A stretch of 62,996 bases of DNA, counting the filler, from Octopus bimaculoides (Eukaryota), in NCBI RefSeq assembly GCF_001194135.2. It is 7 parts of 5 records of this genome, joined end to end, with 100 filler letters (N's around TTAATTAATTAA, not from the genome) between each part and the next. Parts side by side here need not be neighbours in the genome. Positions count along the whole stretch, not along the records: positions 41,786 to 59,225 come from NC_069005.1; positions 59,326 to 61,234 come from NC_068988.1; positions 61,335 to 62,996 come from NC_068991.1; 4 more parts are not named here. The stretch is one strand, 5' to 3'. This document shows positions 52,667 to 62,996 of the stretch, in pieces. Each line of letters opens with the position of its first letter. The first letter of the stretch is position 1. A program made the position numbers and the translations under genes. The notes under the pieces are model-generated. The model was not told the origin of the DNA and made no database searches. It saw only the letters and a program-made list of their open reading frames with translations.

Positions 52667-52818
52667 TCGTTTCACATTCTGATTACTGCAAGTCTTAATA
52701 AAGGTTCAATTTACATTTATTATCACTGATTTTGTGTGATTGTTATTTTGGAGGGTTGGGAGGGGGTGTGGCCTGCGAGGTGGCCTAGATGTGGCCCAGT
52801 AGCCCGCGGACTGCTTTA

Positions 52819-52834
52819 GGTTGCCAACGCCTAG
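52819..52834. repeat. Probable right TIR of the hAT element
   Basis: GGTTGCCAACGCCTAG after a GC-rich subterminal GTGGCCC-type region; no matching left TIR found. Confidence 0.6.
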
Positions 52835-52859
52835 CCCAGAAGTTTTTTTTCACTCTCTA

Positions 52860-53007
52860 TAACTTTCTCGGTAACACACAAAAGTATCTGTTATGTTAGC
52901 AGAAACTTTTGTACTTCGTTCAAAATTTGGATCATGTAATTGAAAAATGAAACTTGTAAACCTGGGGTCTCATAAAGCGGATCCTTATAAAGTGAGGTAT
53001 TACTGTA
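52860..53007. mobile_element. Possible pogo/Tigger-like terminal fragment
   Basis: Ends GAGGTATTACTG|TA (CAGT.. terminus plus TA); partner end not found. Confidence 0.35.
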
Positions 53008-53049
53008 CTTACATCAATCAACATGGCACCAATGAACAGAAAAATACAA

Positions 53050-54700
53050 AAGGTATCTGATCCTAACAAATAATGCAGATGAATGTATTATCTACATGGA
53101 AAGGTAGAGCTGATCAAGAAAATAGAGAACAGAGAAAGCTTTGCTCAGTACAAAGGCAAATGACCCTAACAAATAAAGCAGATGAGTGTATTTTCTACAG
53201 GGAAAGGTCAAGATGATCAAGAAAATACAGAATGGTGGAAGCTTCATCACTGTGGGCTTCGAGTTAGTTGTCAATGAATCTACCATTCACTCTAACACAA
53301 AGAATACAAGGTTATCACCAGTTCAAATATGCTCGGGGCATATTCAAACCCATAAGAAAGTTATTCAGTGTTTTGACATGGAGAAAACTTCTCACTGTAG
53401 ACAAATGATGTAAATACATCTAAAATCAGCTCAGAGCACCACCTACTGAGGCAGCAAGATACAAGCATTTCATAGTGGTTATTTCCTCTTCAGTCACAAA
53501 AACCAACAGGATGTGCTGTGAGCTGATAAGAGGGATTGTCACTCTTAAGATATTCCTGTCTTCATACAATGACTGGGAGTGGTAACTGGCAATTCACTGT
53601 AAACAAATTATTGGGTGGCAGTGCTAAGCAGTGATGTGTATAAATACAAGGATATTACCAGTTCAAATACTTGAACCTGTAAGAAAGCCATTCATTTTGG
53701 TTTGTCATGGAGAAAGTTTCTAATTGTAAACAAATGTAAATAAACCTAAAACCAGCTTGCAGCTGTAGTGACATCTTATAGCAGACGACTGTTATATGTT
53801 CAATGTCCGGAGTTTTATCCACGCATGCGCAGGGACTAGTTCCGGAAGGAATACAGGAAGAGTCTCATGCGCATGCGTAGAGTTCGACACCCAGCTTTGG
53901 CGCCTTTTCTCAGTCTCTTCGTTGACTGATCTCCGTCGAGCCAAGACGTCCAACAGAGCTCTCTCACATGTCAGCACCAGAGCTTCACAAATAACCACGG
54001 AAATCATTCTGAAGGCGTCTCAGTAACCGAGGGCGACGAGCTACCGAATTCCCTCCAAGCGTGAACTGAATTCCACTGTAAATAAATATTGTTATGTTGT
54101 TCAGAATCTGCGTTCCGTTGTTTCTTCTAGAAATTTAATGTACGGAAGCGGTGTACACCTAATGGTGTATAACCACTTTCCTACACAGCGCTATCTATTC
54201 AGACTGTGAGATCAAGCATTTCTCCTCTTCAATCACAGAAACCTACAGGGTTTGCTACAAGCTGATAAAAGAGATTGTCTTATGATAATCCCATCATCAT
54301 ACAATGACTGGGAGCACCAATCAGCAGCTTATCATAAAACAAATTTCAGGGTGGCAGCACTAAGCAGTGACATGTATTAAAACAAGGTTGTTACCAGTTC
54401 AAATATGCTGGTGTCTGATCCTAAAAAACAATGCAAATGAGAGTATTCTCTACAGGAAAAGGTAGAGATGATCAAGAAAATATGAGATAAGAGAAGCTTG
54501 ATTGCTGTGAGCTCCAAGTCAGGTGTCACTGGATCTTCCATTTATTCCAATATGAAAGCATCTGATCCTAACAAACAACTCAGACAATTGTATTCCTTAC
54601 AGGAAAAGGTATAGCAGATCAAGAAAATACATAAGAGAGGAAGATTTGCTGTTTTGGGCTGCGTGCTTAGTGTTAATGAATCTAGCATTTATTCCATTTA
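53050..54700. repeat. Diverged modular tandem repeat (modules A-D)
   Basis: Module A at 53056, 53161, 54414, 54561; module B at 53303, 53643, 54380; module C at ~53494, ~54232; module D at ~53240, ~54495, ~54640. Confidence 0.85.
53764..54185 (+). mobile_element. Solo LTR (422 bp), probably Ty3/Gypsy
   Basis: TGTAG...CTACA termini, 4-bp TSD CAGC (53760-53763 and 54186-54189), internal AATAAA near 54080, higher GC than the flanks. Confidence 0.88.
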
Positions 54701-55388
54701 CAAAGCGCATAGCAATGATTTGTTTATCACTGATTCATTTACCACTGTATTTTTCTAGAATCAAACACCAGTCTTAAATGAGAACAGATGTTTAAATATT
54801 ATGATAGTATACAGTGGTCTTAGAGTGATGGTCAAGCTAAAGGAATATGTTGCTGGAAAAGAACTATCAAGAAATGGAAAACATGCAAAGACAAATTTAA
54901 AATACAAAACAAATAGTTGCAAACGAAGAGGAAGAAATAAAAAAATAAATAAATGCAAATGCATTAATATAACAGGGGTTGTAATTAAATTAATAAATAA
55001 CTAAAAACAAGTATTTAAAAATAATTAAACATTTTCTCTTTATTAATTTACTCTCATCCCAGCCATAAAAACATAATTAAAAAATTTTTGTCAATTATTT
55101 TTTCCACAGATTTAAAAAACAAAAAGAAAACAGAAGAACTTTGAGAGATTGAACCAACAATATCTTCTTCACAATTTCTGTTGCTAAACATGATAAATTA
55201 TTTATAAAAGAATTAAAGTAAAAAAAAAAAACAGGTGTGAAATACTACTTTAAAACACTATTTTGGTATATCTAGCAGGAGAAAAATATAATACATACAC
55301 ATACACATATATATATGCATGCAGATATACATACATACATATATAACCTGAATTTTACATGTTATATGCATATTATTGCATGTCTGTG

Positions 55389-55437
<49 letters not shown>

Positions 55438-56624
55438 GTATGTATGTATGTATATATCATACACACATCTCACTATGTGTAGTGTGTGTGCGTGTGTGTG
55501 TGTGTGTAAACCTTAAACAATTACTCCAAAATTTCACAAAAGAAGGCTTTTCAAAAATAACAATCTGAAAGAAAGTCTTATGTGAAACTTTGAATTAATT
55601 ATGAATCTAGTAAAAATATTTGCTTTACATTAATAGATATATATTTATAAACACCTATATAAATACATATAACACACTCATAATATATATATATATATAT
55701 ATATAAAAGACAAAACACACATATATGTTTAACATGTATGTGCTTATGGGCATGTGTATATTCTTGATATTTTTTGTCCAAAAACTCTGGAGGTTGATGT
55801 CTGCTTGATTGGCATCAATCTCAATGCTGTTGGGGGGACTGCTACAATCATAGATATGGCCTCCTCTTTCAGGCTCACCAAGAAAAGGAGATATAAAAAA
55901 AAATTGTATGTATGTATACACAAACATATTATATGCACCTATGAACATATACACACATACAAGTACATAGTATTCATAAATGCATACATAAATATATATT
56001 CTTATATATATANNNNNNNNNNACTTTCCATGCTGACATGGGTTGGACATATATATCAGAGTTTGTATTGTTGTGTATAGGTCAATATATTAGTCAATGA
56101 AATTCCCAAATAGTCTGATTTTCGGGTTTTATTTTCATATTTTTTACAATATTACACATTGCAAATTCCACCAAGGTCAACGTTGCTTTTCATTCTTTCA
56201 AGTTCAATAAATTAAATACCAACGTAGTGCTAGGGTCGATGATATCGACTTGCTCACTCCTCCAAATTTCAGGTCTTGTGCATATAGTAGAAAGGAGTAT
56301 TACATATTCAAGTAATACAAGTATTTTCATGCTTTTAACAATCTTCAGATTTATGTAATAACAGCTTTAACTGATAGCGGTAATTCACAATTGACAATAG
56401 TTGTCAACTTTGAAGCACAATTGTCTGTTAAAGCTCTAAGCACATAAACCTGAAGATTGCAGAAAGCCTGAAAATACTTGTATTACTGTAATATGTAATA
56501 CAGTAAAATTGTAAAAATTACAAAGATAAAACCAGAAAATCAATGTTCAAATTTCATTGACATACATTATATAAATATATACACACACAGACACACACAC
56601 ATGCATTATATCTCATTTTTTTTT

Positions 56625-56678
<54 letters not shown>

Positions 56679-57799
56679 TTATACAAACATGCACATATAT
56701 GAATATTATAATATATGCAAGGATGTTTGTGTGTGTATATGAGTATAAACACACAAACACACACATCTATAAATATATATTAAATTAAGTCTTGCAATAT
56801 ATACAATACTATATCTAACATGGCACATGGATATCAATATACCAGATACATACACATACATATCAATATCATGTGACAGAGCTGATTAAAATAAATATAC
56901 ATTTAAATCATCTAAAGCAACTGGAACCAATGTAATCTATATGTACATATATTATAAATATTCTGTACCAGTACCCAGACTTTGAGACTTCAAAGTTTCA
57001 TGTGTTACATACACAATCATCAGTGAAAGAGAATGTCTTATAATCATACATAGTTTGTACATACTGATTATGTTGTTTCCTCTATATTTGGATGTTTTTT
57101 TTTCTTGTTCATTAATGCACACCACACACACACACTTGTGTGTGTGTGAGTGAGTGAGTGAGTGAGTGAGCAAGTGAGTGAGAGTGTGCGTGTATGCGTG
57201 TGCGTGTGTGCAGCTACACCAATCAAATTCAAGCAATGTGTAAAATATTACTACAAAGAAATGTTAAAACATATTCAATATAAAGTTATATTTTGTTTTT
57301 GGTCCTTGATGATGGCAGTTTAAAGTGTATATATGTATGTATATATGTGGTGTGTGTGTGTGCGTGTGTGTGTTGTTACATATAAAAACAAAAGACTGGA
57401 AAATTTGGTTATTTTAAATTCCAAGTGACACATGTTTCATTACAAGGTAGGAGTCACAATGATATACATGTAAAAGAAACATGTACAGAATCTCCCATCC
57501 ATAATTCTTCAGGCAAAGACTGACAGAATCACAGACAGGAAATTCCAGACATGTTTTTTTCTACATGTATATATTTGTGTCTCCTATCCAGTAACGAAAT
57601 ATGTGTAACATGGTATTAAAAACATACCAAATTATTCCAGTCTTACCATGCACATTGAGCCTTTGTTTTGCAATCTACTGCAGTTCTGCATCTTGTTACA
57701 CTCTGTAGCCCCTTCATCATGCTACACACTGGAGTCCTTCGTCACATGGTATACACAAGAAGAAGACAAAAAAAAATTAGAAAACAATCAAATAATAGA

Positions 57800-57961
57800 T
57801 GTAGGAGGCATGGCTGTATGCTCAAGAAGCTCACTTTTCAACCATGTGGCTTAGGGTTCAGGCCCACTGCACAGCACCTTCGGCAAGTGTCTTCTACTAT
57901 AGCCGTGAGCCAATCAATGTCTTGTGAGGCAATCTGGTAGACAGAAACTGTATGGAAGCCC

Positions 57962-57964
<3 letters not shown>
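57800..57964 (+). mobile_element. SINE family A
   Basis: GCATGGCTGT...GGTTCAGGCCCACTGCACAGCACCTTCGGCAAGTGTC...GAAGCCC. Confidence 0.82.
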
Positions 57965-57999
<35 letters not shown>

Positions 58000-58007
58000 T
58001 GCGTGTG

Positions 58008-58039
<32 letters not shown>

Positions 58040-58160
58040 CTGGGAATCTCACTAAAAGATTACATCCAGAACGAAGAGATCAGGGATAGAACCAGAGTGA
58101 AGGACGTTGCAGAATACCATTATGCAAAGCTACGATGGGCCAGTCATGTTGCAAGGTTCA
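58040..58160 (+). pseudogene. RTE-clade LINE C-terminal fragment
   Basis: LGISLKDYIQNEEIRDRTRVKDVAE...KLRWASHVAR matches LG.SL.D.I.NEEIR.RT.V.D...K..WAGH.AR. Confidence 0.85.
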
Positions 58161-58209
58161 CAGTTGTTGTGCATATATGTTTATAAATATGCGTGTCTAG
58201 GTATGCATT

Positions 58210-58410
58210 TATCATCATCGTTTAACGTCTGTTTTCCATGCTGGCATGGGTTGGATGGTTTGACTGAGGTCTGGAAAGCCAGTGGCTGCACCAGGCTCCA
58301 ATCTGATNNNNNNNNNNCCAGTGGCTGCACCAGGCTCCAATCTGATCTGGCAATGTTTCTACAGCTGGATGCCCTTCCTAACGCCAACCACTCCAAGAGT
58401 GTAATGGGTG
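58210..58410 (-). mobile_element. Retroposon family E 3' part
   Basis: Minus strand GGTTGGCGTTAGGAAGGGCATCCAGCTGTAGAAAC...CCATGCCAGCATGGAAAACAGACGTTAAAC(GAT)n; the 10-N gap has duplicated flanks. Confidence 0.75.
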
Positions 58411-58618
58411 CTTTATATGTGCTACCGGCACAGGAGCCATCAGGCAGGCCTTTCCATTCATTTTATGCTGTTCCATGCTGGTATGAGTTAAATATATGCA
58501 TTACTGTTGCAATGCATTACAGCTGGCCATCTTGCTTTCTGAGTGTATATACATGTGTATGTGTATACACACACACACAAATATATACATACGTACATAC
58601 ATACACTATATACATAAA

Positions 58619-58679
<61 letters not shown>

Positions 58680-58906
58680 ATACACACACACATGCATACA
58701 TACAAAGATACATATTTCTTATTCTTATACAAGAACGTTGTTGAGGGGTGACTTCAAAGTTACTGTCAACGACATTCCTGGATAAGAATAATAAATTTGT
58801 ACTCTATAAAAGCATAAAGTAACCCATCAGATTAATGTCAAACTGTTTTTATTAAAACTGAACATCAAAACAAACATTAATACATACATACATATGATAC
58901 ATACAT

Positions 58907-58961
<55 letters not shown>

Positions 58962-59189
58962 CACACATATTTATCACATTATGGCTACTATGTATAAATA
59001 TATGGATATAGGACAGAAATAGAGATTTTAATTAGTCAATGCCAATGATGTGTATGATTCAGTAGCATATTAACCATTGGTAATGGGAGAATGCTGTGTT
59101 AGTATACACCCTAACACAAAAATACATAAATATATATACACACACACATGCACCCATAGATATACATACTTATATTTCACACACACATA

Positions 59190-59225
<36 letters not shown>

Positions 59226-59399
59226 NNNNNNNNNNNNNNNNNNNNNNNNNNNNNNNNNNNNNNNNNNNNTTAATTAATTAANNNNNNNNNNNNNNNNNNN
59301 NNNNNNNNNNNNNNNNNNNNNNNNNTATATATATATATATATCTTTTAAATTTGCTTACGGGAAACGTTTTGAGTCTGCAAATAAAGTTCCTGTTCCAT

Positions 59400-59610
59400 T
59401 ATGCCGCCCCCTCAATGCAGTTCGCAGGCAGATTCTGCGTGACACAGATTGTGATAAAGCTGGCCCTTTGAATTATAGATATTACTCATTTTTGCCATTT
59501 GAGTGGACTGGAACCACGTGAAATAAAGGGTCTATCTAAAGGACACAAAAGATTCGCCGGGAATCGAGCTCTTCACGTTACGATTATGAGCCCAGTACAC
59601 TAATCCCTCA
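59400..59610 (-). mobile_element. SINE family C/D-like, diverged
   Basis: GAGTGGACTGGAACCACGTGAAAT...GGGAATCGA...CTAATCCCTCAACCATGCGC parallels 3455-3590. Confidence 0.7.
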
Positions 59611-60734
59611 ACCATGCGCTATCACGCTACTTGCATATAATTCATAATTAAAATTGATTAGAAAAGTTCGCATTTTACATAAAAACTGTTAACAACACAA
59701 AAAATTACTTTAAATGCTTTAACATGTTAAAATATATTGAAACCCTTTCGTGAGTTCATTACTATACTCATGTGTCGTCTGATTATAATACCTCATATAT
59801 AGGAGCAGGCCGGAAAATCGTCTGGCATACATACATGAACTGTTGAAGGTCCAAATATATATTCAGAAGGAAGTGAGGAAAAGGACAAATGTATACGCAA
59901 CATTTTTAAAGAGTTAGAAGCCAGAAACCTAGAAACAGTAACCGGAAATAGCATTCAGGTTGCCACGCTCACATAATATCGGATAAAAGGATGGTAATAT
60001 TACTGCAATTCCATTAAAATAAATATGAAACGAGAAATATATTACATATGGTTTTCATTGGGTTAACGATTTTTTTTCTGTTATTTTTAGTTTGTAAATT
60101 GTTTTTCAAGTTATTCTGCCACATTATGAGTTTTTTGTTTGGTTGTTAGAGTTTATCATAGTTAATGAAAATGGTTAGTTCTGACGGCGGGCAAAGATAT
60201 TCTCCCTTTGATACCAATGTATTTGTCTCCTCTAGAAGTATTTCCGACAGGAGGCTAACAGAATAGAAGATCTTTTAAAACTCATTTTCTATTTTTTCTT
60301 AGTTATAGGTTCTTTCTTTTTCAGTGACTTCAGTTATCATTGTGGCATTCTTATAAACGCAAAGAGAAAAAACAGCGACAAGCTCTTTTAAAATGGTAGC
60401 ATTCAATCATTCTATTAAAGATTAAAGAAAGAATTGACAGCAAGTTTGTTTTCAAGAAACACAAAACATCTTTAAAGAAATTCCATTTGTAAATATTTAT
60501 AAAACCTATTTTAGCAAAAACTTTGTGACTTGATGATAAATTCTCTAAGTTTTACACAACTTTTAATCGAGTCCTGTCGTCTGCGATTCTGAATTTTGTC
60601 AACTTCCACGTTGTTTCAATCAAACTTAAAACAAAAAGAACTATATAATCACGACTCATGCGCGAGTGCCTTACCAAAAGATGTTACCAAAGGATTGTGG
60701 AAACTTAATCTTTGTCGATCATAAACTTAGATAT

Positions 60735-60915
60735 ACTTGGATGGGAGGCATAGACCGTCCAGTAGCGATGTGGATTTGGTGGAATCGGGGTTCATTCGAT
60801 GCTTAGGAATCTTAGACAAGCTACAAAGGAGAGAATAAAACGTTGCCAGAAAAATGTCAGAAGCTACTGAGAAAGCAAGCCATTACATTAAGCTGGACAG
60901 ACAGGACAAGCAGAG
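60735..60915 (+). pseudogene. HERO-like RLE-LINE C-terminal remnant
   Basis: GWEA.TVQ.RCGFGG...MLRNL...KERIKR...MSEATEKASHYIKLDRQDK resembles GW....VEVGCRGF...L...R.R...SEAAEKAS.W.W.RR (from recall). Confidence 0.5.
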
Positions 60916-61118
60916 TACTGAGGGCGACAGAAACAGCTGACCCAGAGGGAGCCGAAACACTTACAGAGTTACTTCCCCATCCGGTGAGACACTGGTTTAG
61001 CATTTAGAGACGAAGTACAGTAGTAACATCAGCACATAAGTGTTCGCCCTAATTAAGAACGAGAGCCACTGATAAATATAGATTATCTACTAACACTTGA
61101 TAAATCCCTATCCATTAA

Positions 61119-61144
61119 TCTATATATATAAAAATGAGAATGTG

Positions 61145-61203
<59 letters not shown>

Positions 61204-61234
61204 GTGAATCCCTAAAACTCGAGAACTACGCAAC
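61119..61234 (+). mobile_element. Non-autonomous Helitron-like 5' end with (GTCT)n
   Basis: A|TCTATATATATAAAAATGAGAATGTGTGTCTGTC..., i.e. a TC start after A; truncated by a gap. Confidence 0.65.
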
Positions 61235-61334
61235 NNNNNNNNNNNNNNNNNNNNNNNNNNNNNNNNNNNNNNNNNNNNTTAATTAATTAANNNNNNNNNN
61301 NNNNNNNNNNNNNNNNNNNNNNNNNNNNNNNNNN

Positions 61335-61396
<62 letters not shown>

Positions 61397-61439
61397 CTTT
61401 TAATAGTTTCACTATGTATATATTATATACATATTGAAA

Positions 61440-61727
61440 GTATTAGTAGTGAAAATATTTAAACTGAAACTATTATCTCACATTACTTACAATAGAGATG
61501 TTATTGTTTAACGTTTGACACGTAATACCGAAACAGTCTAAGAGATTGCTACGGGCTCGCATTAGGCAAGAAGTTGAAAGAGCTTTTGGCCCATGACTCT
61601 GCATGGACCTCAAGCAGTATATGTGTAAAATTTGAATAAAATCGGTTGGGTAGGTCTGAAGTTTTAGTGATGCACACATACATACACACAGACAGGCAGA
61701 CACATTCTCAGTTTTATATATATATAT
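61440..61727 (-). mobile_element. Second copy of the same Helitron-like family, opposite strand
   Basis: Minus TATATATAAAACTGAGAATGTGTCTGCCTGTC...CTAAAACTTCAGACCTACCCAAC parallels 61121-61234. Confidence 0.65.
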
Positions 61728-61949
61728 CTGGAATGAAAACACAGATGAATTCTTGAAATTCAAAAGTCTATTGAACNNNNNNNNNNATATATACATACAT
61801 ACATATATATATATACATACATGCATATATATATATGTATAAATGTATAATATATATGCATACATACACACATATATATACACATATACATATATATATA
61901 AATATATATATACGCACATACATATATATATATACACACATGTATATGC

Positions 61950-61992
<43 letters not shown>

Positions 61993-62019
61993 GATATACA
62001 TGTACAACATATATATATA

Positions 62020-62980
62020 TAATTTCAAATAATTAATAAAAGGGTATAATTAATCAATTAAATTAATTAATTAATCAATCAATTAATAATTTTACCAAGT
62101 AGATCGGTACGTTAAAATAATCTTTATAGGTAAAATTATACAAATATTCTATAATTATAAACATGATTGTAATTGGGGGTCAGCTAATTGCTTTACCACA
62201 TACCAAATTTAGTTAGAAATAGGAGTTAAAAATTCCCTTTCTACTACTGTAAGAATCGCCACGATAGTAACACACTTTTAACGTAGGCAAAGAGAAAAAC
62301 AATGAATCAACACGACTCAGATTAGCCACATACGCGTATCGAGATTAAAGTGTTTAAATTACTTACTTCTTTCTTCAGTGTGGCATTTCCAATTATAAAA
62401 TTTGAAAGTGCTAGGGTTAAATATGACACGATCGCGTGATATCGTGCAACAGATATCCAACCAACACTTCCAAAATTTACACAGCCAAATGTCAATGCAC
62501 TAGTCATCCCTAGTACCTACGTGTATGTTATGAGCAGTAAGGCAGAAAACTGCAGCATTCTATCATGGAATAAATTATAATTTCAAATTAATAATAAAAG
62601 TGTAAAATTAATCAATAAAATTAATTAATTAATTAATTAATCAATTAATTAATAATTTTACCAAGTAGATCGATACGTTAAAATAACCTTTATCGGTAAA
62701 ATGATACAAATATTGTATAATTATAAACATAATTTTAATTAGGGGTCAGAGAGATGTAATTTAAACACTTTAATCTCGAAACGCGTATGTGGCTAATCGG
62801 AGTCGCGTTGATTCATCGTTTTTCTGTTTGCCTACGTTAAAAGTGTGTTACTGTAGTGGAGATTCTTAAAGAAGTAGAAAAGGAATTTTTAACTCCTATT
62901 TCTAACTAAATTCGGTATGTGGTGAAGCAATTAGCTGACCCCCAATTATAATTATCTTTATAATTATAGAAAATTTGTAT
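62020..62980. repeat. Composite direct plus inverted repeat structure
   Basis: Direct copies at 62020-62183 and 62577-62749; inverted arms at 62137-62362 and 62756-62980. Confidence 0.9.
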
Positions 62981-62996
62981 ATATATATATATATAT

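Noticed and set aside
53050-54700. CRISPR-like array or snoRNA cluster call
   Set aside because: Eukaryotic context, repeats are diverged with homologous spacers, and no properly spaced C/D or H/ACA boxes are present; kept only as an unexplained modular repeat.

Overview
AT-rich, microsatellite-dense animal draft-genome window with many N gaps. The SINE families and repeat landscape look like a coleoid cephalopod (Octopus-like); this is an inference from remembered repeat families, not a database result. No host protein-coding gene can be called with confidence, and almost all long ORFs in the track are N-gap or microsatellite artefacts. The window is a transposon graveyard: a Helitron 3' end, several tRNA-derived SINE families, at least seven R4/Dong-like RLE-LINE fragments often abutting (AAT)n, RTE-like and HERO-like LINE remnants, Tc1 and mariner fragments, a GC-rich SPIN/Buster-type hAT transposase pseudogene, a solo LTR with a 4-bp TSD, and a foldback MITE containing (CCCTAA)4. 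The best candidate for an undescribed system is a composite non-autonomous retroelement made of a tRNA-like Pol III head, an (AAT)n/(AAC)n tract and a ~185-bp tail carrying a minimal type-I hammerhead ribozyme. It occurs at 17755-18085 and 47041-47340, with an extra inverted tail at 46879-47038 in a Penelope-like arrangement. Coordinates were read by eye and element boundaries are approximate unless a TSD or TIR is cited.
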